From NCBI GenBank assembly GCA_026014735.1, contig JAOZHT010000004.1:93321-157320 (forward strand): a stretch of 64,000 nucleotides of DNA, in the 5' to 3' direction. This document shows, in pieces, positions 28,672-37,340 of the stretch. The stretch comes from Candidatus Bathyarchaeota archaeon (lineage in GTDB: Archaea; Thermoproteota; Bathyarchaeia; Bathyarchaeales; Bathycorpusculaceae). Under the pieces are notes generated by a model. It did not search any database, was not told the origin of the DNA, and saw only the letters and a list, made by a program, of their open reading frames with translations. The position numbers and the translations under genes are program-made. The stretch's first letter is position 1. Every line of letters begins with the position of its first letter.

Positions 28672-28859
28672 ATTATGTTTTGAATCTTCCCACTACCTTT
28701 AAGGCTGTATTTTTAAAGGTTGCGACTTTTCTGTAACACAACAAGCACAATGTGTACCAATTGAGACATTTCTATTAAAAGAAAATCAGGGTTCAGAGCC
28801 TCAGTTCACGGTTTTCTTGATTGGTAAGGGCTTCTTTTCAGCGTACTTTTCAAGATGTT

Positions 28860-30110
28860 TCAGGAGCCGAATGCTGTTTTTCGATGTTGTCTACAGACCA
28901 ATAAGGAAACGATAACTAACGCTATTATGACGGCGACAATTATTAGTGGTTGCATCCACGAGTCAGTCAGGGCAAAGTTTGACGCTGAAGTCTCTGATGA
29001 AATATCTGCTGGTTGAGTTAACGGATGATAGTCAATGTTGTTTTCGTCAATAATGTAAGATCCCTTTCCAGTATAATCAGACCAGTAGTTACCAACCGCA
29101 CCGTTATACCATGTGACTGCATCGGTTCCGTTAAGTGTAGAAGTATCGGATTCTGCTTGCATATGCTCGTATGCTTCTGGAAATGGATATTGATGCTCTA
29201 CCTCTACAGCGTAGCCATTATCTATGAAATTGTTGCCGTACACTCGATTACCTGACCCTTGACCGTAACGTAACAAATAGTTCGGAAGGTAAACGCCAAC
29301 ATCATTCTTTTCAATAAGGTTGTTATGTATGGCTGAATTGTTGACATAGGATAACTCTATGCCGTAACCTTTCCTGTTAAAACCCATATTTTGCGCTATT
29401 GCATTTCCGTAAACATCAACATTTGATATCGATTGAAGATTAATCCCAATTTGATTATTATTTATAAAATTATTTTCTATTGTCAAGTTACAGGCATTAT
29501 AGCTACCGTGAGCAGTTATTGCAGCACGATTGCCTGATAGGGTGTTATTGGAGATAATGCTGTTTCTAAAATAACCATTGATACCAAAGGTACTATTGAT
29601 AATTACGTTCTTAGAAATTTCCGAATCTTCAATTAGGTGCTCTGTGATAATGCCCCTAGTGCTGTCTGAGATTATGTTATTACTAATTCTAATCTCAACC
29701 GCCTTTAACCTAATTGTGATGGCGTAGAAGCTGTTTGTTATTGAGAATCCAGCTACTGTTACATTCGAAGAAGAAATCGCGATTGTTCCCCGGTCATATG
29801 GAAGAGGATATGACCCATCGTCACTACGATGTCCATTAATGGTGGTTCTTTTGCTGTCTTCCCCGATTAAATTTATGGGCTTATCTACATTGATAGCGTC
29901 CGCATAGGAATGGACCTCATAGGTTCCCTTTTTAACAAACACTGTATCTCCTGCACTTGCGTTTCCTACTGCCGATTGGATTGTCGGGTAATCGTCAGGT
30001 ACAACTATGGTTTTAGGCTGCTCATTCATGGTTGATGATTGAACGAGAACAATTACACTTAGGATAATGACCGCCACTATTGCAGCCAAGACCTTACCAG
30101 CTTTTCGCAT
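28860..30110 (-). CDS. Secreted right-handed beta-helix (NosD-like) protein with C-terminal TM anchor
   Basis: Signal/TM at the N-terminus, then many N.I..N..GI coils (NNIISDSTRGI, NVIINSTFGI, NNFINNNQIGI, NNLIEKNDVGV). GNYWSDYTGKGSYIIDENNIDYHPL matches the motif in 17019..18191. It ends in a C-terminal TM helix and basic tail. The gene looks AT-richer than its neighbours. Confidence 0.7.
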   Translation of the reverse strand: MRKAGKVLAAIVAVIILSVIVLVQSSTMNEQPKTIVVPDDYPTIQSAVGNASAGDTVFVKKGTYEVHSYADAINVDKPINLIGEDSKRTTINGHRSDDGSYPLPYDRGTIAISSSNVTVAGFSITNSFYAITIRLKAVEIRISNNIISDSTRGIITEHLIEDSEISKNVIINSTFGINGYFRNSIISNNTLSGNRAAITAHGSYNACNLTIENNFINNNQIGINLQSISNVDVYGNAIAQNMGFNRKGYGIELSYVNNSAIHNNLIEKNDVGVYLPNYLLRYGQGSGNRVYGNNFIDNGYAVEVEHQYPFPEAYEHMQAESDTSTLNGTDAVTWYNGAVGNYWSDYTGKGSYIIDENNIDYHPLTQPADISSETSASNFALTDSWMQPLIIVAVIIALVIVSLLVCRQHRKTAFGS

Positions 30111-30288
30111 AATCAATTTTTGGGTTGACTCTGGTTAAAAGCATTCTTGTCTACGTTTCTTGACAATGTTTGTCAAGGTTTTTAGACTAAACTGCTTGGA
30201 GTGGATGCAACCGCAACTATCATTGATTAACCAGGCGCTGTCCTTCACATTTTTTAAGCATCCGACCTTTGCTCTAAACAAGCTTTAA

Positions 30289-30903
30289 ATGTCCCATTTG
30301 ATACATGCAGAATCGGAATCAGCCATGACAGTCGCCCAGAACGTCCGCAACCACCTAAAAAACAAACCCTACCTCCTCGAAGCCCTAGAAAAAGGCATCG
30401 TCAACCTCAGCGAACTCTCCAGACAAATCCAAAAAGAACTCGACAGCAGCGACACCAGCGCCATCAAAGCCGCCCTCCGCCGCTACAGCGAAGAACTCCA
30501 AAAGCACCGCCAGAAACGCGAAGAAAAAGTCCTCGCCCTCCTCAAACGCAGCGGCATAGCCGTGTATGACCGCAAATCCGTCATGATAACCGCCAAGGAG
30601 CTGCCGGGCAACGCAGGCATGAAAGTGGATTTACTCGACAAATTCGTGTATCTGATGGACCGCAACGACCTCCCCGAACGCATTGCCTCGCTGGTGAAGC
30701 ATGAGAACTGCACCATGATTGTGGTTCACTCCCCCGAGGAACTGGAAACCATCCCCGGCGTCGTCGCGTTCCTCGCTACGCTGCTGGCGGAGCAGAACGT
30801 CAACATCGTCGAATTCATCTCGTGCTGGACAGAAACCATCATGGTGGTGGAGAAGAAAGACAGCCTCAAAGCGTATGAGGTTCTCTCAAACCTGGTTGGC
30901 TGA
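30289..30903 (+). CDS. ACT-domain protein, probable regulator of amino-acid metabolism (COG2150-like, from memory)
   Basis: The N-terminal helical/HTH-like part (LEKGIVNLSELSRQIQKEL) and a C-terminal ACT-like fold (IPGVVAFLATLLAEQNVNIVEFISCWTETIMVVEKKD). It is located between the arg and thr/lys operons. Confidence 0.6.
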   Translation: MSHLIHAESESAMTVAQNVRNHLKNKPYLLEALEKGIVNLSELSRQIQKELDSSDTSAIKAALRRYSEELQKHRQKREEKVLALLKRSGIAVYDRKSVMITAKELPGNAGMKVDLLDKFVYLMDRNDLPERIASLVKHENCTMIVVHSPEELETIPGVVAFLATLLAEQNVNIVEFISCWTETIMVVEKKDSLKAYEVLSNLVG

Positions 30904-30907
30904 GCTT

Positions 30908-31315
30908 TTAGTGGATTCTTTGGGTTAACCCATCGAAACCGCGATCAAAGCTCATTATCTGTTTTATGCCTCGAGTCTCCATCAACGCCAGAGAATTACA
31001 GTCGGTGAAGCTCAGGGAGTTATCTTTTAGGGTCCTAAATTTTTTCCAGGTTTGATGGAATGCATCCTCTGTTACCCATATTTTGGTAATGCGTGGGGAT
31101 TCAATGATGTATTTTCCTAAGTCGATGGCTAAATCTTTCCGTTTCGTGCGTGCATAGGCGGTCGTAACTGCTTCATCGATGATGTAGTCGGAGGTGAATA
31201 CTGCGCCAAAATCGCCCTTTAGGGCTTGCCTGAAGAGTTCTCTGCCTCTTTGGTGATTGTTGTCAACGCCGTTGTTTAATGCAACAAAAATGCCTGTGTC
31301 AACAAAAACAGCCAT
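30908..31315 (-). CDS. vapC: PIN-domain toxin (VapC-like)
   Basis: MAVFVDTGIFVAL (first acidic residue), IIDEAVT, and SFTDCNSLALM...IMSFD give the PIN acidic quartet spacing. It lies directly downstream of a small antitoxin-like ORF. Confidence 0.8.
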   Translation of the reverse strand: MAVFVDTGIFVALNNGVDNNHQRGRELFRQALKGDFGAVFTSDYIIDEAVTTAYARTKRKDLAIDLGKYIIESPRITKIWVTEDAFHQTWKKFRTLKDNSLSFTDCNSLALMETRGIKQIMSFDRGFDGLTQRIH

Positions 31316-31324
31316 AACCGTCCC

Positions 31325-31597
31325 TCAACCGTAGAGTGTTTCGTCGATTTTTTGCGACGCGTCTTTTACGCCCCAGTTTTTGGGTTTTTCAAGTAATTGC
31401 CAGGCGGGGTCTTCTTCTAGGGGTGGGAGCTCTTGGAAATGCGTCATGAACTGTTCTTCGTCTTCGAGAGCGTGGTCGATCATTGCGCCGACGGCTTCTT
31501 GGATGGTTACTTTTTTGCCGGAGTGGAGTAGGAGTTTGGCGAGGAAGCGGTCGAGTTTTTGTTTTTTGGATTCGTCAATTTTGATTGTAAGTGTCAT
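31325..31597 (-). CDS. VapB-like antitoxin (small DNA-binding protein)
   Basis: 90-aa ORF from the ATG at 31597 (MTLTIKIDESKKQKLDRFLAKLLL...) with a beta-strand-then-helix start like RHH/AbrB antitoxins. It ends 9 nt before vapC. The longer N-terminus in the ORF track (31675) is hydrophobic and unlikely. Confidence 0.55.
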   Translation of the reverse strand: MTLTIKIDESKKQKLDRFLAKLLLHSGKKVTIQEAVGAMIDHALEDEEQFMTHFQELPPLEEDPAWQLLEKPKNWGVKDASQKIDETLYG

Positions 31598-32020
31598 AGT
31601 AGAAAAGTGTAATATTACACTAAAAAATTTTGTGGCGAAATCGCCCAACAACACCGCGGCAACCAAAAAAGACAACCCAAAGCCTACAAGCCCCCCAAAA
31701 CCAGTCGGCTAACAACAGCCGCCCCAGAAGCAAAAACAGCTGCAGACGCCTCCAACCAAAAACTCCGCACCTGCGCAGCCGCCTTAACGGGTCTTCAGTG
31801 AACGCACATCCAAAAGGCAGGTTACTGTGCATCTGTGAAGCCTATAAATAGAGGGGGGTAGAGTCGCAGCAAGCAACAGACATCAGCCCTTCCCGTAATG
31901 AAGAGTCAAAATCAGCTAACATATTTGTGCAGCACACCAAAATTATTAATTCCACCGCCGACACTTCTCTGACTATAACCCAAACAGGTCTAGTCATTAA
32001 TCATTTGGAGATGCAACGGA

Positions 32021-33271
32021 TTGGTTCATCAAGAATGCATAAACTGCAAAACAGCATATGGCACAGATGAGGTTGTGTATTTCTGCAGAAAATGCGGAGA
32101 CATCCTCGAAATCAAATATGAAAGCGGCGAATTGGCAGCGGCAGCAAAAACAGGCGACTGGAAAGCAAAGCCGCTTTCGGTGTGGCGCTACCGACCCTTC
32201 ATGCCCATCCACGAAGCCACCAAACTCGTCACCCTCGGCGAAGGCGGAACAGGCTTGCACCGCAGCCAACGCCTAGGAGACGAACTCGGCGTAAACACCC
32301 TATACGTCAAAAACGAAGGCGAAAACCCCACCGGCAGCTTCAAAGACAGAGGCATGACAGTGGGCGTAACCAAAGCCGTTGAACTCGGCGCACGCCACGT
32401 AATCTGCGCCTCCACAGGCAACACCAGCGCGGCTCTGGCAGCATACGCGGCACGAGCAGGCATCCGATGCACCGTCCTGATTCCCTCGGGCAAAATCGCC
32501 TATGGCAAACTCAGCCAAGCCATGATCCACGGCGCCAAAGTGCTGCAGGTTAAAGGCAACTTTGATGAGGCACTGGAGTTTGTGCTTAAACTCGCCGAAA
32601 AACATCAAGACATTTACCTGCTTAACTCCATCAACCCCTTCCGCATCGAAGGCCAAAAATCGCTGGGATACGAAATCTGCGAGCAACTCAACAACCAAGC
32701 CCCTGACCGCATCGTCATCCCCGTTGGAAACGCAGGCAACATCAGCGCAGTCTGGAAAGGACTTAAAGAATTCCACCAGCTCGGCTACATCAAAAAGCTG
32801 CCCAAAATGACCGGCATCCAAGCCGCAGGCAGCGCACCCATCGCACAAGCCATCAAAGCAGGCAGCGACAAAATCGTCCCCGTCGAGCACCCCGAAACCG
32901 TCGCAACCGCCATCCGCATCGGCGCACCAGTCAGCTGGAAAAAAGCAGTCAACGCCATCCGCGAATCAGGCGGAACAGCCGAAACCGTCACCGACGAAGA
33001 AATCCTCGACGCCCAAAAAACTTTGGCGCGAATAGAAGGAATCTTTGTGGAACCCGCCTCTGCCTCATCGATTGCTGGCCTCAAAAAACTCGTGAAGCGT
33101 GGAGTTATCCTTTCAGACGAGAAGGTGGTCTGCATCACCACTGGGCATGGCCTCAAAGACCCTGACACCGCCATTAAGCAATGCGAGAAACCCGTTGAGG
33201 TAGATGCAGAGATGTCAGCGATTGAGGATGCCTTGGGCTTAAAGAGAAACGAGGCTGTTGTGGCTCGGTGA
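32021..33271 (+). CDS. thrC: Threonine synthase (archaeal type with N-terminal zinc ribbon)
   Basis: CINCKTAY...FCRKCG zinc ribbon and PLP-lysine motif NPTGSFKDRG, plus ASTGNTSAALAAYAA. TTG start with a GGAG 11 nt upstream. Confidence 0.9.
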   Translation: MVHQECINCKTAYGTDEVVYFCRKCGDILEIKYESGELAAAAKTGDWKAKPLSVWRYRPFMPIHEATKLVTLGEGGTGLHRSQRLGDELGVNTLYVKNEGENPTGSFKDRGMTVGVTKAVELGARHVICASTGNTSAALAAYAARAGIRCTVLIPSGKIAYGKLSQAMIHGAKVLQVKGNFDEALEFVLKLAEKHQDIYLLNSINPFRIEGQKSLGYEICEQLNNQAPDRIVIPVGNAGNISAVWKGLKEFHQLGYIKKLPKMTGIQAAGSAPIAQAIKAGSDKIVPVEHPETVATAIRIGAPVSWKKAVNAIRESGGTAETVTDEEILDAQKTLARIEGIFVEPASASSIAGLKKLVKRGVILSDEKVVCITTGHGLKDPDTAIKQCEKPVEVDAEMSAIEDALGLKRNEAVVAR

Positions 33272-33278
33272 GGTATGC

Positions 33279-34310
33279 ATGAGGATTATTCTGGTCGGAT
33301 ACGGCGTTGTCGGCAAAGGCGTCACCACGATTCTTGCCAAACGCAGCGTCGAGAAAGTCAAGGACTACGGCTTTAACCCCAAAATCGTAGCCATAGCAGA
33401 CATCGATGGCGCAGTCATCAACCCCCGAGGATTCAGCCCCGAAAAACTCGAAGCCATCAAGCAACGCGGCTACCCCATCAGCGCCGACCCCCAATACGGC
33501 CACCCCGCCATGAAGGCGCAGGAAGTCATCGAGCAAGTCGAAGCCGAAGTCGTCGTTGAAGTAACCCCAGTCAACATCCAAACCGCGGAACCCGCCCTCA
33601 CACACATAACCACCGCCTTTAGAACAGGCAAACACGTCGTAACCACCAACAAAGGACCCCTAGCCCTAGCCATGCCCGCACTCACCGAACTAGCCGAATA
33701 CAACAACGTGTATTTCCGCTTCAGCGGCACTGTGGGCGGCGGCACCCCGATGCTGGAATTCGCCAAAAGATGTCTAGCAGGCGACAGAATACTGGGCATC
33801 AAAGGCATCCTTAACGGCACAACCAACTACATCCTCAGCGAGATGGGACAGAACCGCATAAGCTTCCAAGATGCCCTCCAAACCGCCCAGAAGCTAGGCT
33901 ACGCCGAGCGGGAACCCTCCATGGATATTGACGGATACGACACCGCCTGCAAAACCGTGATTTTGGCAAACTGGATTCTGGGCCAGAAAATCACCCTCAA
34001 AGACGTCGACCGCACAGGCATCCGAGACGTCACATTAGAAATGCTCGACGACGCAGCCAAACGGGGCAGCACCCTCAAACTCATCGGCTCCCTCGACGGC
34101 ACCACCAAACCCTCTGTGAAACCCACGGAAATCCCCAAAACCAACCCGCTCTGCGTCAGCGGAGTCCTCAACGCCGTCACCTACCAATGCGAATTCGCCG
34201 CGGAGCAAACCATCATCGGACGTGGTGCAGGCTCAATTGAAACGGCTGGTGCGGTTTTAAGGGACCTCTTAGACATAAGACATAAGTTAGCAACTAAACT
34301 ACTAACGTAG
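33279..34310 (+). CDS. hom: Homoserine dehydrogenase
   Basis: MRIILVGYGVVGKG Rossmann start, VVTTNKGPLA, GTVGGGTPM, ILNGTTNYIL and GYAE.EPS.DIDG.D.A.K motifs. Confidence 0.9.
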   Translation: MRIILVGYGVVGKGVTTILAKRSVEKVKDYGFNPKIVAIADIDGAVINPRGFSPEKLEAIKQRGYPISADPQYGHPAMKAQEVIEQVEAEVVVEVTPVNIQTAEPALTHITTAFRTGKHVVTTNKGPLALAMPALTELAEYNNVYFRFSGTVGGGTPMLEFAKRCLAGDRILGIKGILNGTTNYILSEMGQNRISFQDALQTAQKLGYAEREPSMDIDGYDTACKTVILANWILGQKITLKDVDRTGIRDVTLEMLDDAAKRGSTLKLIGSLDGTTKPSVKPTEIPKTNPLCVSGVLNAVTYQCEFAAEQTIIGRGAGSIETAGAVLRDLLDIRHKLATKLLT

Positions 34311-34327
34311 AGAAAACGTGAATCGCC

Positions 34328-35737
34328 ATGAAAATAGTGATGAAGTTCGGTGGAACAAGCGTCGGCACAGGCAAAAACATACGTCACGTAGCCGACTTAG
34401 TTACCCAATACGCCAAAAAAGACAACAAAGTAGCCGTGGTTGTTTCGGCGCTGGCAGGAGTCACTAACGAGTTAATCGAAACCGGATGCAAAGCCAAAAA
34501 AAGCGACGAAAAACACATCCAAGCCTTCACAGCCGACCTGCTCAAAAAACACACAGACGCCATCGAGGCAGCCATCACCAGCAAGGCAATCCAGAAAGAA
34601 GTCAAGTTAGCCACCCAGAAAACCATCGTGGAACTCGAAAAAGTCCTCACCGGCATCTGCTACGTCGGCGAACTCACCCCCAAATCTAAGGATTACGTGA
34701 TGTCCTTTGGCGAACGCCTCAGCGCCCCCATCGTCTCCGGCGCCATAAGAGACTACCAAGCACAAAGTCAGGCGCTCACAGGCAAAGACGCTGGCATAGT
34801 CACCGACAGCAACTTCGGCGAAGCCGACCCCCTGATGAACTACACCACCCACCTCATCCGCGAACGCCTCAGCCCCCTGATTGAAAAAGGCACCATCCCC
34901 GTGGTCACCGGCTTCATAGCCGCTAACCAAGATGGCGTTGTCACCACGGTTGGTCGTGGAGGTTCAGACTACACCGCCACTATCCTGGGCGTGGCTTTGG
35001 AGGCAGATGAAGTGTGGATTTGGACTGACGTCGACGGCATCATGACCACGGACCCCAAACTGGTGCCAGCCGCCCGCATGCTTCCGCAGCTAACCTACCA
35101 GGAAGCTTCGGAGATGGCGATTTTCGGAGCCAAAGCCATGCATCCACGCGCGCTTGGCCCAGTGAGCAAAGTGGGGATTCCGGTTCGTATCCGCAACACC
35201 GCATGTCCCGAAAACAGCGGCACCCTAATCACCACTGAACCAGCCAAAAACGAAACTAAACCCGTCAAAGCCGTTGCCATGATCAAAGACGTAGCGATGC
35301 TAAACGTCTACGGAGCCGCCATGGTCGGGGCACCCGGCAGCTACGCTAAAGTCTTCGAGGTTCTCGGCAGAAACGGCATAAACGTCATGATGACCTCCGC
35401 CGCAGTCTCCGAAGCCAACATCTCACTGATAATCAAGCGTGGACTGCTCGGCAGAGCCATCAGCAACCTTGAAATCGCATTGCAGGAACGCGGAGGAATA
35501 GTCAGCGAGGTCACCGCCGAAGACGACGTGGCAGTCATCGCGGTTATGGGCGCCTACATGAAGGGCACCTTGGGGATTGCCTCAAAAATCTTCGAGATAG
35601 TCGCCAAAAAAGGCATCAACATCCGCATGATCGCGCAGGGCAGCTCGGAACTCAACATCAGCTTCGTTGTGAAGGAGAAGGATGGCGCCGCGGTTGTGCG
35701 GGCGATTCATGACGAATTTGGCCTCGACAAGCCTTAG
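34328..35737 (+). CDS. lysC: Aspartate kinase with two C-terminal ACT domains
   Basis: VMKFGGTSVG, VVVSA..GVTN.L, GRGGSDYTA, WTDVDGIMTTDP and tandem ACT repeats at the C-terminus. Confidence 0.92.
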   Translation: MKIVMKFGGTSVGTGKNIRHVADLVTQYAKKDNKVAVVVSALAGVTNELIETGCKAKKSDEKHIQAFTADLLKKHTDAIEAAITSKAIQKEVKLATQKTIVELEKVLTGICYVGELTPKSKDYVMSFGERLSAPIVSGAIRDYQAQSQALTGKDAGIVTDSNFGEADPLMNYTTHLIRERLSPLIEKGTIPVVTGFIAANQDGVVTTVGRGGSDYTATILGVALEADEVWIWTDVDGIMTTDPKLVPAARMLPQLTYQEASEMAIFGAKAMHPRALGPVSKVGIPVRIRNTACPENSGTLITTEPAKNETKPVKAVAMIKDVAMLNVYGAAMVGAPGSYAKVFEVLGRNGINVMMTSAAVSEANISLIIKRGLLGRAISNLEIALQERGGIVSEVTAEDDVAVIAVMGAYMKGTLGIASKIFEIVAKKGINIRMIAQGSSELNISFVVKEKDGAAVVRAIHDEFGLDKP

Positions 35738-35837
35738 CGGCCAGATGAGCCTGTAGGGTTGCAGGCACAACTCTTTTTATTTTTCTGCTGAGTTTCTAGT
35801 AGTGATTTTGGGCGTTAATTTGTGAGTTCTGAGTTCT

Positions 35838-36323
35838 ATGATGCTTAAACTGCGGTCCAACAGGAAAGGCTCACTTAAACTAGTCGCCGCCATAGTCGCA
35901 GTGATAGTTCTGGTTGCCCTGGTCGCTTTAGCCGTCTACTACTACAGCGCCTACCACAACCTTGGCTTCCAGCTAAACAGCGTATCTTTAGGCAGCGTAA
36001 GCACATCGGTTTTAACCCTTAACTTCGCCATCGACGTAAACAACACGAATTTGCTGCCCATCTACATTCCAAGCGGAAGCTTCGACATATACGTAAACGA
36101 TCAATACCTGGGAAAAGGCACGTTTAATTCACTAACCGTGGAAGGAAGCAGCGTCGGCCAAATTAAAGCCCCTGTGACCTTTAACGTTTCAGACGTGCCC
36201 GCAGTCGCCGCTGGAATTCTGGGCGGCGGCGGAACCGTAACAGTGACCATCGAGGGATCAGCTGACCTGTGGCTTTTACGTGTCCCCTTCTCCTCTACAC
36301 TCTACGATGCAAAACTCATCTAA
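35838..36323 (+). CDS. Membrane-anchored LEA_2/LEA14-like beta-sandwich protein
   Basis: N-terminal TM (LVAAIVAVIVLVALVALAVYYY), then the pattern LTLNFAIDVNNTNLLPIYIPSGSFDIYVNDQYLGKGTF...VEGSS...KAPVTFNV, typical of LEA type-2 (NDR1/HIN1-like) domains. Confidence 0.5.
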   Translation: MMLKLRSNRKGSLKLVAAIVAVIVLVALVALAVYYYSAYHNLGFQLNSVSLGSVSTSVLTLNFAIDVNNTNLLPIYIPSGSFDIYVNDQYLGKGTFNSLTVEGSSVGQIKAPVTFNVSDVPAVAAGILGGGGTVTVTIEGSADLWLLRVPFSSTLYDAKLI

Positions 36324-36383
36324 GCACCCCGCTTTGCCAGACAACCATTTAGCCAGCAAAGACTTATAGTTTAAAGAGCAGGT

Positions 36384-36935
36384 ATGGCCAAAATTAACCT
36401 CGCCGCAGACATCGCAGAGAAACTTGAGCAGCTTCTCGGCGCATCCTATGATTTTTTAGGATTCACCTTAAAACTGAAATCAGCCACCATAACCGACAAC
36501 CTCCAAAGCACCAACATAGCAGAGTTGCACTACAGGTTAATCGCGCCGATGCTTAGCCACTATGCAATCGGCAAGCATACACCGTTAACGGGTAAACTGC
36601 TTAAATTCAAAGATATCCCAGGTGGTTACGCCTATGAGGATGCCTTCATTAACCGAGCAATCAAACCCATAGAAGATGTCTTCGGCGAGGACCCCAAGGA
36701 ACTGTTAGATGCGGCAGGTCGTTTAGGCGGCAAACCATTAGCTTTTGGCGACGCTTCTGCAGAGATAAACACGCTTAAAGGCATCCCCTTAACCTACATT
36801 CTCTACGAGGCAGACGAGTTCCCAGCCTCCGCCAGCATACTTTATGATTCATCCGCAAGCGACTATTTGCCCACGGAAGATTTGGCGGTTCTGGGTGAAT
36901 TCGCATCGATGCGCTTAATAGAAGCAAAAAGATAA
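36384..36935 (+). CDS. Hypothetical cytoplasmic protein
   Basis: Clean 183-aa ORF with an ATG start and coding-like composition. I recognised no motif with confidence. Confidence 0.45.
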   Translation: MAKINLAADIAEKLEQLLGASYDFLGFTLKLKSATITDNLQSTNIAELHYRLIAPMLSHYAIGKHTPLTGKLLKFKDIPGGYAYEDAFINRAIKPIEDVFGEDPKELLDAAGRLGGKPLAFGDASAEINTLKGIPLTYILYEADEFPASASILYDSSASDYLPTEDLAVLGEFASMRLIEAKR

Positions 36936-36968
36936 AAAGAAAAAAATGGCTGGTTGAACTTGTCTTCC

Positions 36969-37340
36969 TTATAGGAGGAATTGAAGTTCAGTGCTTGCAC
37001 CTTGCTGGTCGACATTTTCGTCTTTGGGTTTCTGCAGGCGTAATTTAGTGGCTAATTTTGTGAATTTACTACCTTGGGCGGGTTGGAAGCCATATTTCGC
37101 TTTTAAGCCCAAGATTGCTACGGTTTGTGCCAGCACCACGGAGTTGGATGCCATAAGTGGCGTGTCAGCGGCTAGCAAACCGTATGTTAGCCATAGCACG
37201 ACTGATGTGCACATGATGCTGCACATTGCTGTGGATAGGTCTTTAACTGATTTTGTTTTCCAGACTCTTATTAGCTGTGGAAGCAAAGAAATGGTGCTTA
37301 ACGCAGCGGCTACTAATCCTATCATGGAAATAATGTCCAT
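36969..37340 (-). CDS. SemiSWEET / PQ-loop family 3-TM sugar transporter-like protein with extended C-terminal tail
   Basis: Three TM helices with the diagnostic PQ motif in TM1 (ISLLPQLIRVWKTKSVKDLS) and a length/topology typical of SemiSWEETs. There is an extra ~35-aa hydrophilic tail. Confidence 0.75.
   Translation of the reverse strand: MDIISMIGLVAAALSTISLLPQLIRVWKTKSVKDLSTAMCSIMCTSVVLWLTYGLLAADTPLMASNSVVLAQTVAILGLKAKYGFQPAQGSKFTKLATKLRLQKPKDENVDQQGASTELQFLL

Noticed and set aside
31620-31851. Track ORFs 31630-31851 (+) and 31620-31832 (-), and the extended N-terminus of 31325-31675
   Set aside because: They fall in the A/C-rich low-complexity tract. The translations are P/T/Q/R-rich without structure and overlap each other. 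I treated them as non-coding (see the finding on the tract).
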